The notes under the pieces were generated by a model that worked only from the letters and a program-made list of their open reading frames with translations, did no database searches and was not told where the DNA came from. A program made the position numbers and the translations under genes. Positions 19,336 through 30,226 of a stretch of 64,000 nucleotides of DNA are shown here, one piece after another. Origin of the DNA: Candidatus Buchananbacteria bacterium (GTDB lineage Bacteria; Patescibacteriota; Patescibacteriia; Buchananbacterales; UBA6539); contig JABWCG010000001.1 of assembly GCA_013359225.1 (NCBI GenBank), forward strand, positions 276,441 to 340,440. The letters are read 5' to 3'. Positions within the stretch are counted from its first letter, which is position 1; the number at the start of each line of letters is the position of its first letter.

Positions 19336-19712
19336 TGTCTAAGCAAATCGATAAGCCGAATTTTGTACCGCGCTTGAAAGCGTGGTGATGGTCATCTATC
19401 TAGGCCATTTGTCGCCAAATGACTCAAGCTGCCTACCTAATTTGGCATTGCACCTGGTAGGTGTTTACCACACCGACTGTTACCAGTCAGACGTGCGTGG
19501 GCTCTTACCCCACGATTTCAACCTTACCGGTCGCAACGAGTGCGACTTGGGCGGTATATTTTCTGTTGCACTTGCCCTAGGCTTCGCAACAGAATAGAAG
19601 CCTTAAGAACTTCTACTCTTTTACTTATTCCCGGCTCCCGTTAGGAGCTACCTTTTGTAATGGTGTTCGGACTTTCCTCCCTCCACATGAAAACGCACCG
19701 TCTTGTTATTTG
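19330..19712 (-). ncRNA. rnpB: RNase P RNA (bacterial type).
   Basis: On the minus strand: GGAGGGAGGAAAGUCCGAACACC (P4 5' strand consensus GAGGAAAGUCCGGGCUCC), GGUAAGAGCCCACGCAC, and ACAAAAUUCGGCUUAUCG (P4 3' strand consensus ACARAAYYCGGCUUAUCG). Ends are approximate. Confidence 0.85.
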
Positions 19713-19931
19713 CCGTAAAAAATCTGTATAACTTTTGGTATTACTGTTCTATTTCTTCGAAATAAACCGTACCTGCATCTTTTACCAGTAAATTTGCCAA
19801 TGCGCTTTCAGGTGGAGGGCGACCATCTAATTTACTTAGACTAAAATAGACTAGCACAAATTTACTGACTTGTCAAGTTTAGTTGATTTTCAACCCCATT
19901 TTTGCTATGCTAAACGCTAGAAACTAGACTT

Positions 19932-21335
19932 ATGAAAAAGTCGGAATTGATATTAACCGCTGTTAAACCGCCGTTGGACTATTTGGCGTTAGTTTTTGCG
20001 GCATTGGGGGCGTACTCCATTCGTTATTTACCGGAAATCCAAAAGATTAGACCGGTAGTTTTTGATTTGCCATTTAAAGAATATTTTCAAATCAGCTTGG
20101 GAATCTGCGTTGGGTGGGTATTGATTTTCGCCTTAACTGGGCTGTATAGCGTCAGCGGCCCAAAAAAAATCAGAGGTGAAGTGACTAAAATTTTTATTGC
20201 CTGTTCGGCCGGGCTTGCATTTGTTTTGGGCGTGATGGTCTTTAACCGATTTTTGTTTGACTCTCGTTTTATTATTTTGGCTGGCTGGGTATTAGCATTT
20301 GTTTTTGTCAGCATAGAGAGGGGACTAATCAACTTGATTCAAAAATTTGCCTACCGCTTTGGCTTTGGTGTTCACCGGATTGTAATCATTGGCAATGGTA
20401 ATGTGGCCGATGAACTTAAAAAGGAATTTTCAACCAAGCCAGGCCTGGGGTATTTGGTTGTTGGCCAGTTTAGAAATTTTAACGAAAATGCCAAACTGCA
20501 AATCAGTCAGATGGTTGATAACGATCAACTTGATGAAATTATTCAAATCAACCCTAACGCCAACATTGAAGAAACTAATCAGCTGCTTGATTTTATTACC
20601 GAACACCATCTCGATTTTCGCTACACGGCCGATTTATTAGGAACGCAGCTGGTTAATTTGGAAATGACAACTTACGCCGGTATGCCGGTGGTAGAAGTGA
20701 AAAAAACCAGGCTGGACGGCTGGGGGCGAATCTATAAAAGGACGTTTGATATTATCGGCTCAGTCCTGTTAATCATTGTCACTTCACCGGTTATGGTTAT
20801 AACTGCTATTCTGATTAAACTGGACAGTAAAGGGCCGGTATTGTTTAAATATAAACGCATCGGACAGTTTGGAAAACCATTTACTTATTTTAAATTTCGC
20901 TCAATGTTTAAAGGCAGCCACAAGCTACGGTTTGATTCTGAATTTTTGGCGAGCCAGCAGAATGTCCGCGAAGGTAGTCCCATGATTAAATTTCAAAAAG
21001 ATCCCCGAATTACTCGGGTTGGACGAGTTATTAGGCGTTTTAGCATTGATGAACTGCCGGAATTGTTTTTATCGCTGATTGGTAAAATGAGTTTAGTCGG
21101 GCCGCGGCCGCACGAAGTTGAAGAAGTTGAAAAATATCAGCGGCACCATAAAAAAGTTTTAACTATCAAGCCGGGCATAACCGGAATGGCCCAGGTTTCC
21201 GGACGGTCTGATCTTGATTTTGAAAAAGAAGTCAAACTTGACACCTACTACATTGAAAACTGGTCGCTGGGCTTAGACTTTATGATTTTATTAAAAACCC
21301 CATTAGCCGTTTTAAAAAGGAGACAAACCGAATGA
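19932..21335 (+). CDS. Polyprenyl-phosphate sugar phosphotransferase (WbaP/WcaJ bacterial sugar transferase family), the priming enzyme.
   Basis: N-terminal TM segments; C-terminal sugar-transferase domain with ...LVGPRPHEVEEV...PGITGMAQVSGRSDL. Confidence 0.85.
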   Translation: MKKSELILTAVKPPLDYLALVFAALGAYSIRYLPEIQKIRPVVFDLPFKEYFQISLGICVGWVLIFALTGLYSVSGPKKIRGEVTKIFIACSAGLAFVLGVMVFNRFLFDSRFIILAGWVLAFVFVSIERGLINLIQKFAYRFGFGVHRIVIIGNGNVADELKKEFSTKPGLGYLVVGQFRNFNENAKLQISQMVDNDQLDEIIQINPNANIEETNQLLDFITEHHLDFRYTADLLGTQLVNLEMTTYAGMPVVEVKKTRLDGWGRIYKRTFDIIGSVLLIIVTSPVMVITAILIKLDSKGPVLFKYKRIGQFGKPFTYFKFRSMFKGSHKLRFDSEFLASQQNVREGSPMIKFQKDPRITRVGRVIRRFSIDELPELFLSLIGKMSLVGPRPHEVEEVEKYQRHHKKVLTIKPGITGMAQVSGRSDLDFEKEVKLDTYYIENWSLGLDFMILLKTPLAVLKRRQTE

Positions 21336-22450
21336 AGCTCGCGTTAGTACATGATCATCTAATTCAAGAAGGCGGCGCCGAACGGGTGTTGCAGGTTTTG
21401 CAAGACTTATACCCCGACGCTCCAACCTACACTCTGTTGTATGATCAGGAAAAACTGGGCTCGCTTTTTAAAGGTAAAGACATACGCACCTCGTTTTTGC
21501 AAAACTGGCCGGGAGCTTTAAAGCACTATCAGTGGTTTTTACCGGTTATGCCGACTGCTACCGAAAGCTATAATCTGGCTGATTATGATGTGGTACTTTC
21601 CAGTTCATCAGCGATGGCTAAAGGGGTGGTGACCAGATCAAATACCCTGCATTTTTGCTATTGTCACACACCAACTAGGTACCTGTGGTCTGACACTCAC
21701 CGCTACATCGACGAATTGAAATACAACCGAGTAGTTAAAAAAATTATTCCCCTAATGCTAACCCAGTTGCGGCTTTGGGATCAGCAAGCCGCCCAGCGGG
21801 TTGACTATTTTATTGCTAATTCAAAGAATGTCGCGGCCCGAATTGAAAAATATTACCGCCGTAGTTCGGTAGTAATCCATCCGCCGGTTGACACCAAACA
21901 ATTTCAGATCAGCGAAGCAGTCGGCAAATATTTTCTCACCGGTGGGCGCCTGGTAACATACAAAAAGTTTGACTTAACCATTCAGGCATTTAACCGCTTA
22001 GGAATTCCGCTAAAAATTTTTGGCATCGGGCCGGAAGAAAGCAAATTGCGTGCAATGGCTAAATCTAATATTGAGTTTGTCGGCAAAGTTGATTCCAAGC
22101 AGCTGGCAAAGCTATACAGTGAGGCAATTGCGTTTATTCATCCGCAAATTGAGGACTTTGGCATTACTATTGTTGAATCAATGGCATCGGGCCGACCGGT
22201 AATTGCCTATTCGGCCGGTGGGGCCTGTGAAACCGTGGTGGAAAAAAAGACCGGCAAATTTTTTGATGAACAAACCTGGGAAGCCTTAGCCGACACTATT
22301 GTTAGGTTTAAACCGGAGGAATACGATCCAAAAGTTATTCGAGCATATGCTGAACAATTTGGCACTGAAAGATTTAAAAAAGAAATCAACGATTTGATCC
22401 AAGCCGAGCTGGAGAAGATGAACAGCTCCCAAATTCGTTGCGGATTTTAA
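21332..22450 (+). CDS. GT4-family glycosyltransferase.
   Basis: EDFGITIVESMASGRPVIAYSAGG (the GT4 E-x7-E region). Start overlaps the previous stop. Confidence 0.8.
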   Translation: MKLALVHDHLIQEGGAERVLQVLQDLYPDAPTYTLLYDQEKLGSLFKGKDIRTSFLQNWPGALKHYQWFLPVMPTATESYNLADYDVVLSSSSAMAKGVVTRSNTLHFCYCHTPTRYLWSDTHRYIDELKYNRVVKKIIPLMLTQLRLWDQQAAQRVDYFIANSKNVAARIEKYYRRSSVVIHPPVDTKQFQISEAVGKYFLTGGRLVTYKKFDLTIQAFNRLGIPLKIFGIGPEESKLRAMAKSNIEFVGKVDSKQLAKLYSEAIAFIHPQIEDFGITIVESMASGRPVIAYSAGGACETVVEKKTGKFFDEQTWEALADTIVRFKPEEYDPKVIRAYAEQFGTERFKKEINDLIQAELEKMNSSQIRCGF

Positions 22451-22456
22451 TAACGT

Positions 22457-23584
22457 ATGAAAATAGGAGTTGACGTTCGCTGTTTGATGGAAAAACAGTA
22501 TTCCGGCATCAGCGAATACACCTACAATCTGCTCAAAGCCTTATTCAAAATTGATCAGGAAAATCAATATTTTTTGTTTTATAATTCTTCAAAGCCGGTC
22601 AAAATGCCGGAATTTGACAGTCCAAGAGTTTTTTATAAAGCATTTAATTATCCAAACAAGCTTTTTAACTTATCGTTACGATTCCTAAAAATTGCCGAAA
22701 TTGACAAATTAGTCGGCGGCGTGGATGTCTTTTTGATTCCCAGCTTTTTATTTTCTAACCTTTCAAAAGATTGCCGTAAGATTTTAATCGTTCACGATTT
22801 ATCATTTGAACTCTATCCTGAATTTTTTACTTTTAAAAAACAACTGTGGCACCATTTAATTGAACCGCGCCGGATTACTAACACTGCTGATAGTATCATT
22901 GCCATATCGGAAAATACTAAACAAGATGTGGTAAAAATTTATCAGACGCCGCCGGAAAAAATTGACGTAATTTATAACGGCATCAGCGACATGTTTTTTG
23001 AACCAATCACCGACAACGATATTTCGCGCGTCAAGAAAAAATATGATTTGCCGGACGAATACATTTTTTCGCTAGGCAACCTCGAACCGCGAAAAAATGT
23101 CGAGTCACTCCTTAAAGCTTTCAATCTATTGGAAAATAAATCAATTCAACTAGTCATTGCCGGCGGTCAGGCCTGGAAATATCAAAAAATCTACCAGATT
23201 TGGCAAAAATCAGCTAAAAAAAATCAGATTAAGTTTATCGGCTATGTTGATGCCAAAGACCGCGCGGCGCTGTACCACTTGGCAAAAGTGTTTGTTTATC
23301 CCTCCATTTATGAAGGGTTTGGCCTGCCGCCGATCGAGGCTATGGCCTGCGGCACACCCGTTATTAGCAGTTTTACTTCCTCGTTGGTTGAATCAGTTAA
23401 TGACGCCGGGCTGTTAATTGACCCGCAGAATTATAACGAATTGGCTAAAACCATTGATCAATATTTGGCTGACAGCAGATTGCAGGAAATATTAAAAACA
23501 AAAGGATTAGAGTATGCCAAACAGTTTAACTGGGCCAATACCGCTAAGGCTGTTTTAGCTGTTTTAAATCGAGAAAAAAAATGA
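22457..23584 (+). CDS. GT4-family glycosyltransferase.
   Basis: EGFGLPPIEAMACGTPVISS GT4 C-terminal motif. Confidence 0.8.
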   Translation: MKIGVDVRCLMEKQYSGISEYTYNLLKALFKIDQENQYFLFYNSSKPVKMPEFDSPRVFYKAFNYPNKLFNLSLRFLKIAEIDKLVGGVDVFLIPSFLFSNLSKDCRKILIVHDLSFELYPEFFTFKKQLWHHLIEPRRITNTADSIIAISENTKQDVVKIYQTPPEKIDVIYNGISDMFFEPITDNDISRVKKKYDLPDEYIFSLGNLEPRKNVESLLKAFNLLENKSIQLVIAGGQAWKYQKIYQIWQKSAKKNQIKFIGYVDAKDRAALYHLAKVFVYPSIYEGFGLPPIEAMACGTPVISSFTSSLVESVNDAGLLIDPQNYNELAKTIDQYLADSRLQEILKTKGLEYAKQFNWANTAKAVLAVLNREKK

Positions 23585-24696
23585 GAATCGGAATCGATGC
23601 CCGAATGTACGGTCCGCAAGCCGCGACTGGCATCGGGAACTATATCAAAAATCTCACCCAAAATCTTTTTGCCGTTGACCAAACCAACGAATATTTTTTA
23701 TTCATGATTGAACCGCAATTTTCAGCGTTCACCCCGCCCAATGAGCGGGTTAAAAAAATTAAAGTTGACAGTCCGTGGTACAGCTGGTCAGAACAGTTAA
23801 AATTACCTTTTGTCTATCGACATTACAATCTTGACATATTACATGTGCCTCATTTTAACGTGCCGATATTTTATCCGGGCAAAATGGTTACTAGCATTCA
23901 TGATATCACCCCGAAATTTTTTCCGGGCCCGGTGGTGAGTAAATCAATAATCCGAAAACTTGGTTATAACGCCGTTTTACGCTCGGCGGTTTACAAATCA
24001 AAAAGCATTCTGGTCGGCTCACAGCACACTAAAAACGAAATCACCAAGCATTTTAAAGTCGATGAAAGTAAAATCAAAGTCATTCCTTTGGGCTATGATT
24101 TTGCCGCCGCAAAACAATATTTAGCTTCACCTCAGCAATTGGTCGAAAAATATAAAATCACCAAACCGTTTATTTTATATATTGGTGTCTGGCGTGATCA
24201 TAAGAATTTACCGGGACTGATTACTGCTTTTGATATTATTAAAGAAAAATTTGGCTTAGATTATCAGTTAGTCTTGGGAGGCAAAGCTGACCCTAGCTAT
24301 CCGGAAATACCGCTGGCGATTAACAAGGCTAAATATCGGCAAGATATTATTGTTCCCGGTTACATTCCTGAAGATGAATTGCCAAACTTTTATCAGCATG
24401 CCAAAGTATTTGTCTTGCCGTCATTTTGTGAAGGGTTTGGTCTTGTTGCCCTTGAGTCGGCAACTTGGGGTGTGCCGGTAGCAGCTTCAAACACCACCAG
24501 TGTTCCGGAAGTCTTGGGACCGGCCGGAAAGTATTTTAATCCGCATGACCCCGAAGAAATGGCGCGGGTTGTTAGTGAAGTTGCAACTAATGAAAACCTT
24601 CATCAAAATCTTGTCACTCTTGGCTATGAACAAGCTAAAAAATACAGCTGGGTTGAAACTGCCAAGCAAACTTTAGCAGTTTACCAAGCAAGTTAA
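23581..24696 (+). CDS. GT4-family glycosyltransferase.
   Basis: EGFGLVALESATWGVPVAASNTTSVPEV GT4 motif. Overlapping start/stop indicates an operon. Confidence 0.8.
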   Translation: MRIGIDARMYGPQAATGIGNYIKNLTQNLFAVDQTNEYFLFMIEPQFSAFTPPNERVKKIKVDSPWYSWSEQLKLPFVYRHYNLDILHVPHFNVPIFYPGKMVTSIHDITPKFFPGPVVSKSIIRKLGYNAVLRSAVYKSKSILVGSQHTKNEITKHFKVDESKIKVIPLGYDFAAAKQYLASPQQLVEKYKITKPFILYIGVWRDHKNLPGLITAFDIIKEKFGLDYQLVLGGKADPSYPEIPLAINKAKYRQDIIVPGYIPEDELPNFYQHAKVFVLPSFCEGFGLVALESATWGVPVAASNTTSVPEVLGPAGKYFNPHDPEEMARVVSEVATNENLHQNLVTLGYEQAKKYSWVETAKQTLAVYQAS

Positions 24697-24747
24697 TTTG
24701 TGTTATAATAAAACCGTCTTAGTTTTAGAAACTTAGCGGTTATTATT

Positions 24748-27219
24748 ATGACCGAAGAAAATAAACAGGAAAAAACAAAAAAATCGGCTTCAGTCCGAAA
24801 AGTTCGCGCCAAAAAACTAGCTTCAACAGCTAAAAAAACCAGCGTCAAGGCGAAAAATCTACCCTTAAACTCAGAACCAATCGAATCTGAAGTTACTATT
24901 TCTAGTATCCCAACCAAGAAATCTGGTCATGTGGTCAATTTAAAAAATCCCTATAGTGAAAAATTTGAAAAAATTATCTCCGGCAAAGCAGCCCTGAAAA
25001 CTCAGGTTCCCATTCCGCCGCCTCCGCCCAACATTCGTCCGGCGACCAAAAAGACCAAAAAAATGGGGGTCAATTTTATGACGAATAAAACCTCCATTCT
25101 TAAGATTGGACAAAATTTATTACCCTCGATACCCTCGGTAGCCGCCAGTCCGCAATTGGAAACAAAAAAACTTCCCGAGCCGGGAACATTTGAAAAAATT
25201 GAGGAGGAAATTGAAGATATCTTTGCGCCGCCATCTGAATATCGGGTACTGTCTTTAAATATTCCCAAAGATTGGCATAAGCGCCTGGTGGCGTTTGTTA
25301 TTTTTTCTTTGGTTTTTGTTTTGCCATTGCAGGCTTTAACGTATTACCAGAGTTTGCAAAAAACTCAGGACCGGGTGCTTTATGCAACCAATGAAGCCAT
25401 TGAAAACTTAAAGCTTGGTGAGCAGGCGATCGCTAATTTTGATTTGACAGGGGCGACTAATCAGTTTAACGAGGCTAAATCTAACTTTACCCTGGCTCAA
25501 AATGAGATTAATGCCTTAAATAGTTTGACGACGGAACTCATTAAATTTTTGCCGGAAAAAGGTGAATCAATGAACGCCGGACTCAATTTACTGGCTGCCG
25601 GTCAGCTAGTTGCTGAAACCGGGCAAATCATGATTGCCGATGCTAGTAAGCTTTTAACCAGTAAATCGCTTCAAGAGTATTACCAATCACTGGTTAGTTT
25701 TGAAAAAACCTTGCGTCAAGCGCTGAAAAATTTTAGGGAAGCGAAAACAAAAATTGAGTCTGTCAAACTGTCGGATTTACCCGAACAACACCGGCAAGAT
25801 TTTGAAAAAGTGGTTAATAATTTGCCGACAATCGAGCAGGGAATTATTAATCTGTATCAACTCAACGATGCCGGCTTAAAACTCTTGGGGCACGAACAGT
25901 GGTCTCGGTATATGCTGGTCTTTTTGAATAATAACGAATTGCGGGCAACGGGAGGCTTCATGGGCAGTTTTGGGTTGCTGGATATTGATCGGGGAGAAAT
26001 AAAAAAGCTTGATATCCCTGGCGGCGGTACGTATGATATTCAGGGTCAGTTGACCAAAAAAGTTATTTCTCCAGAGCCGCTTCATTTAATTAACTCCCGT
26101 TGGGAATTTCAGGATTCAAACTGGTGGCCTGATTTTCCGACTGCGGCGAAAAAAATGCAATGGTTTTACCAAAATGCCTCAAATCCGAGCGTTGACGGCG
26201 TAATTACTATCACCTCAACAATGATGGAACGGTTGCTGGCAATTTTTGGCCCGATTGAAATGCCGGAATATGGCCGAACAATCAGCAGTGAAAATTTTGT
26301 CACGGAAACCCAAAAAATAGTTGAAATTGAATACGATCGGGAAGAGAATCGACCAAAACAATTTATTGCCGACTTGGCCCCAAAACTGCTTGAAAGGATT
26401 TTTAAGGCTAATAACGACCAAGTAAAGCAATTATTTAATCTAATTATCTCCGGTCTCAATGAAAAACAATTAATGGTATATTTTAACGATCCAGAACTTG
26501 AAGATGTCATCACCCAATTTGGCTGGTCGGGAGCCTTAAAATCCACCGAAGGAGACTATCTGAGCGTTGTCCACACCAATTTGGCCGGCGGCAAAACCGA
26601 CGGCGTTATCAAGGAAACTATTGAACATGCGGCTGAAATCCAACCCGATGGTTCAATCATTGATACAGTAAAACTGATTCGCCGTCATACCGGTAAACCC
26701 GGCGAAAGCGTTTTCACAGGCGTGCAAAATAATAGTTATGTTAGGTTTTATGTGCCGCTTGGCAGCACGCTACTGGAAGCGTCCGGATTTAAAAAACCGC
26801 CGGAAAAATTTTTTGATGAAGTAACAAGCGAGCTGATTCCGGATGCTGATTTATTAAGTATTGAAACTGATCGCTTTCAGGATGAAAAAACCGGCACTGA
26901 CGTTTATAAATCATTTGGCAAAACCGTTTTTGGCAACTGGCTACAGCTTAAGGCCGGGGAGGTCCAGGAAGTAACTATCAAATACCGCTTGCCGTTTAGT
27001 CTAAAAGCCGAACCTGAAAGTAAATACTACTACAGTCTCTTAGCCCAAAAACAAGCCGGTAGCCTTGGTAGCGAATTGAAAAGTTATCTGAAAACCAATA
27101 ACAATCTAATTCCTTTGGCAAAATTCCCAAATGATTTGCCAAGCGACGAAACTGGCGTTAGCTTTAACTCCATCCTGACCACCGACAAATTCTACGGCGT
27201 GGTTTTGGTAAACAAGTAA
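24748..27219 (+). CDS. Large membrane-anchored protein (823 aa): K-rich N-terminus, one TM helix, large extracytoplasmic domain; function unknown.
   Basis: N-terminal Lys/Ala-rich region, hydrophobic helix RLVAFVIFSLVFVLPLQAL, then a 600-aa domain with no motif I recognise. Sits directly downstream of the GT operon. Confidence 0.6.
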   Translation: MTEENKQEKTKKSASVRKVRAKKLASTAKKTSVKAKNLPLNSEPIESEVTISSIPTKKSGHVVNLKNPYSEKFEKIISGKAALKTQVPIPPPPPNIRPATKKTKKMGVNFMTNKTSILKIGQNLLPSIPSVAASPQLETKKLPEPGTFEKIEEEIEDIFAPPSEYRVLSLNIPKDWHKRLVAFVIFSLVFVLPLQALTYYQSLQKTQDRVLYATNEAIENLKLGEQAIANFDLTGATNQFNEAKSNFTLAQNEINALNSLTTELIKFLPEKGESMNAGLNLLAAGQLVAETGQIMIADASKLLTSKSLQEYYQSLVSFEKTLRQALKNFREAKTKIESVKLSDLPEQHRQDFEKVVNNLPTIEQGIINLYQLNDAGLKLLGHEQWSRYMLVFLNNNELRATGGFMGSFGLLDIDRGEIKKLDIPGGGTYDIQGQLTKKVISPEPLHLINSRWEFQDSNWWPDFPTAAKKMQWFYQNASNPSVDGVITITSTMMERLLAIFGPIEMPEYGRTISSENFVTETQKIVEIEYDREENRPKQFIADLAPKLLERIFKANNDQVKQLFNLIISGLNEKQLMVYFNDPELEDVITQFGWSGALKSTEGDYLSVVHTNLAGGKTDGVIKETIEHAAEIQPDGSIIDTVKLIRRHTGKPGESVFTGVQNNSYVRFYVPLGSTLLEASGFKKPPEKFFDEVTSELIPDADLLSIETDRFQDEKTGTDVYKSFGKTVFGNWLQLKAGEVQEVTIKYRLPFSLKAEPESKYYYSLLAQKQAGSLGSELKSYLKTNNNLIPLAKFPNDLPSDETGVSFNSILTTDKFYGVVLVNK

Positions 27220-27222
27220 TTT

Positions 27223-29130
27223 ATGGAAAACCAACGACTTAAAAAAATGAAAAAAGAATCCGGCGCTGAAGATTTAAATGTCCAAAAAGGACTGATGAAA
27301 ATTTACAGCAATTCCGACGGTAGCCTGCCGGACATTTCTCATCTTGAAGTCAGACGCAAGGGGCGCTGGCGAATGTTATTTTTAAGTTTTTTGGGAATTA
27401 CTTTATTGCTAGCAGCCATTTCCTGGCTGGGATTTTTAGTGTTTAATCCGACTACCGGCGTTGGAACTCAAAGTATCAAATTGGAGATAAAAGGCGAGCA
27501 AAATATTTCTTCGGGAGACGAACTGACGTACGTTTTGGAATACAAAAATATTGAAGACGTCACTTTGCATAATGTTGAATTGATATTCCGCTATCCCGAA
27601 GGATTTGAATTTATCTCAAGTGAACCAAAAGCCGCCAATGAATTTAACACCTCTTGGGCGCTGGGTGATTTGGCCAAAAATCAAAGCGGCAAAATTGAAA
27701 TTAAAGGTAAAATGATCGGAGAGGTCGGTTCAATAAAAAATATCAGCGTCACTGCTTCATTTAACCCGGAAAATTTCAGCTCAACATTTAAAGAATCGGC
27801 AAGTTTTAGTAGTCAGATAACTTCTTCAATTTTAAATATCACGCTTGAGGGTCCGGATAAAATTTTACCCGAAAAAAAGACTACTTATAAAATAAAATAC
27901 CGCAACGACTCCGACCAGGATCTGGAAAACATTAAAATTTTAGTGACTTACCCTAGCAATTTCTTGTTCCAGGAAGCAACTCCAGCAGCATTTCACCGGG
28001 AAGAAGATGCCCGCAACCTGAATAATCAATGGGTAATTGAAAAATTAGAAAAAAATCAGGAAGGAGAAATTGAAATTTCCGGCGGTTATCTCAAAGACCA
28101 AACAATTACTAATGCCGAATTTAAAGCGCAAATTGGCTTTTTAGACCCTGAAACCGAAGCCTTTTCACTTCAGCAAGAACAAATTATCACTACTCAGATT
28201 ATTGATTCCGGCCTTAGCCTAAACCTGATTATTAACGGTTCAAACCAGTCTCAACCGATTAATTTTGGGCAAACATTAACATATTCTCTTGTCTACAAGA
28301 ACTTGGGCCAGGAAGATTTGGACGATGTTTCCTTTAGCGTTACGTTGGACTCTGATATTCTCGATTGGGAAAGTTTAAGTGATCTTAATAATGGATTAAT
28401 TGAGGGTAACACCATCACTTGGAACAAAGATCAAATATCGCAATTTGATTTAATTAGACCACTGGACGAAGGAACAATTGATTTTTCAATAGACATCAAA
28501 GCTGCCGACAGTGTCAATATTAAAAACGCCGACCTACAAATTACCAGCACCGCTAAAGCGACTATGGTGAAAATTGGCGAAGTGGAAGTGCCTGACTTTG
28601 AAGTTGTTGCGCCGGAAATCAACAATAATATTAACACTGATATTCAACTCAATGTCGCCGGACGATACTTTGACGAAGACAACATTGCTGTTGGCACTGG
28701 GCCATTACCCCCGGCCGTTGGTCAAAAAACCACTTTTAGAATTTACTGGTCAATTGCCAACAGCCTTCATGAGGTAAAAGATGTGACTGTTACCACCAGC
28801 TTACCTGACGGCGTTATCTGGGAAAACAAATTTTTAGCCCGTGCCGGTGAAGTGGATTTTACCCAATCCGGAAACACTGTTACCTGGTCGATTGATCGAA
28901 TCCCACCCAACAAAGGTTTTGAAGATGTTAACTTTTGGTTTGATGTTTCTGTAACTCCAACCAAACAGCAGGCTAAAAAATTAATTATTTTGACCGATCA
29001 AACCGTTTTGCAGGCGACTGATCAGGCAACCGATTCAATTATCATCAAAAACGCCAAAGCCATTACTTCTAATTTGGAAGATGATCCAATCGGTGGCGGG
29101 CGCGGTTTAGTGATTGACTTGACGCAATAA
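27223..29130 (+). CDS. Membrane-anchored surface protein with multiple DUF11-type repeat domains.
   Basis: N-terminal TM helix. At least four repeats of the pattern (L/T)TYxLxYKNxGxxDLxNVxxxVxxPxG typical of DUF11 conserved repeats. Confidence 0.65.
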   Translation: MENQRLKKMKKESGAEDLNVQKGLMKIYSNSDGSLPDISHLEVRRKGRWRMLFLSFLGITLLLAAISWLGFLVFNPTTGVGTQSIKLEIKGEQNISSGDELTYVLEYKNIEDVTLHNVELIFRYPEGFEFISSEPKAANEFNTSWALGDLAKNQSGKIEIKGKMIGEVGSIKNISVTASFNPENFSSTFKESASFSSQITSSILNITLEGPDKILPEKKTTYKIKYRNDSDQDLENIKILVTYPSNFLFQEATPAAFHREEDARNLNNQWVIEKLEKNQEGEIEISGGYLKDQTITNAEFKAQIGFLDPETEAFSLQQEQIITTQIIDSGLSLNLIINGSNQSQPINFGQTLTYSLVYKNLGQEDLDDVSFSVTLDSDILDWESLSDLNNGLIEGNTITWNKDQISQFDLIRPLDEGTIDFSIDIKAADSVNIKNADLQITSTAKATMVKIGEVEVPDFEVVAPEINNNINTDIQLNVAGRYFDEDNIAVGTGPLPPAVGQKTTFRIYWSIANSLHEVKDVTVTTSLPDGVIWENKFLARAGEVDFTQSGNTVTWSIDRIPPNKGFEDVNFWFDVSVTPTKQQAKKLIILTDQTVLQATDQATDSIIIKNAKAITSNLEDDPIGGGRGLVIDLTQ

Positions 29131-29143
29131 GCAGCCAAACTTC

Positions 29144-30226
29144 ATGCTTAAAATTTTGAAGGAATCCAAAAAATCAGCCGCCCGACTTACTAAGCTTAAA
29201 ACTGCCCATGGTGATATCATGGGCCCTTTTTTTATGCCAATTGCCACTAAAGCGGCCGTCAAAAATCTTTCCACCCCTGAATTGAAAAATTTAAAAGCTG
29301 AAATTATTCTGTCAAACACTTACCACCTGATGCTTGCCCCTGGTTCAGCGCTAATTAAAAAAGCCGGCGGTTTGCATCAATTTATGTCCTGGCCCGGACC
29401 AATTTTAACTGATTCCGGAGGGTTTCAGGTATTTTCGCTTTCGCGACTTCGACAAGTTAAAGAAGACGGCGTGATGTTTTCCGACCCTAAAAGTGGTGCT
29501 AAACATTTTTTAACTCCCGAAAAATCAATTAGTATCCAGCAGGATTTGGGGGTTGATATTATGATGGCCTTTGATGACGTTATCGGTTATCCAGCAACAA
29601 AAAAACAAGTTAAAGAATCGATGCAACGAACTAGTCGCTGGGCGAAGCGATGCAAGACTGCCCATCAAAATAAAACCCAGTTGCTTTTTGGTATCGTTCA
29701 AGGCGGGGTTCATAAAGATTTGCGTCAGCAGTCTCTTGCGGATCTACTGCCACTTGATTTTGACGGATACGCAATTGGCGGCGTTGCTGTCGGAGAACCC
29801 AGAAACAAAATGAAAGATATTTTGAATTGGACCGTGCCACACTTGCCCAAAAATAAGCCCCGCTATTTAATGGGTTTGGGTAAACCCGAAGAAATTGTCG
29901 CGGCCGTCAAACAGGGAATTGATATGTTTGATTGTGTCATTCCAACCAGGGAGGCCCGACACGGTCGGCTATATTTATGGCACGGTAAGGCTGACATAAC
30001 AAAAAAGAACTTTTACACCACCATTAATATTACTAATGCTAAATTTATCAAGGATTTTAAGCCGGTAAACGATACTTCACTCAAGGGATATTCGCGTGCC
30101 TATCTCAACCATTTATTCAAAACTCAAGAATCTCTTGCGCTACGGCTAGCAACGATTAATAACCTTGAATTTTATCTTTCATTAATGGCAAAAATTCGAA
30201 AAGGGATCAGCGATGGAAAATTATAG
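29144..30226 (+). CDS. tgt: Queuine tRNA-ribosyltransferase.
   Basis: LKTAHGDIMGPFFMPIATKAA, LSNTYHLM, MAFDDVI, DCVIPTR and GG..GEP motifs of TGT. Confidence 0.85.
   Translation: MLKILKESKKSAARLTKLKTAHGDIMGPFFMPIATKAAVKNLSTPELKNLKAEIILSNTYHLMLAPGSALIKKAGGLHQFMSWPGPILTDSGGFQVFSLSRLRQVKEDGVMFSDPKSGAKHFLTPEKSISIQQDLGVDIMMAFDDVIGYPATKKQVKESMQRTSRWAKRCKTAHQNKTQLLFGIVQGGVHKDLRQQSLADLLPLDFDGYAIGGVAVGEPRNKMKDILNWTVPHLPKNKPRYLMGLGKPEEIVAAVKQGIDMFDCVIPTREARHGRLYLWHGKADITKKNFYTTINITNAKFIKDFKPVNDTSLKGYSRAYLNHLFKTQESLALRLATINNLEFYLSLMAKIRKGISDGKL

Noticed and set aside
19382-19597. 71-aa plus-strand ORF.
   Set aside because: It lies entirely within the RNase P RNA gene on the opposite strand.
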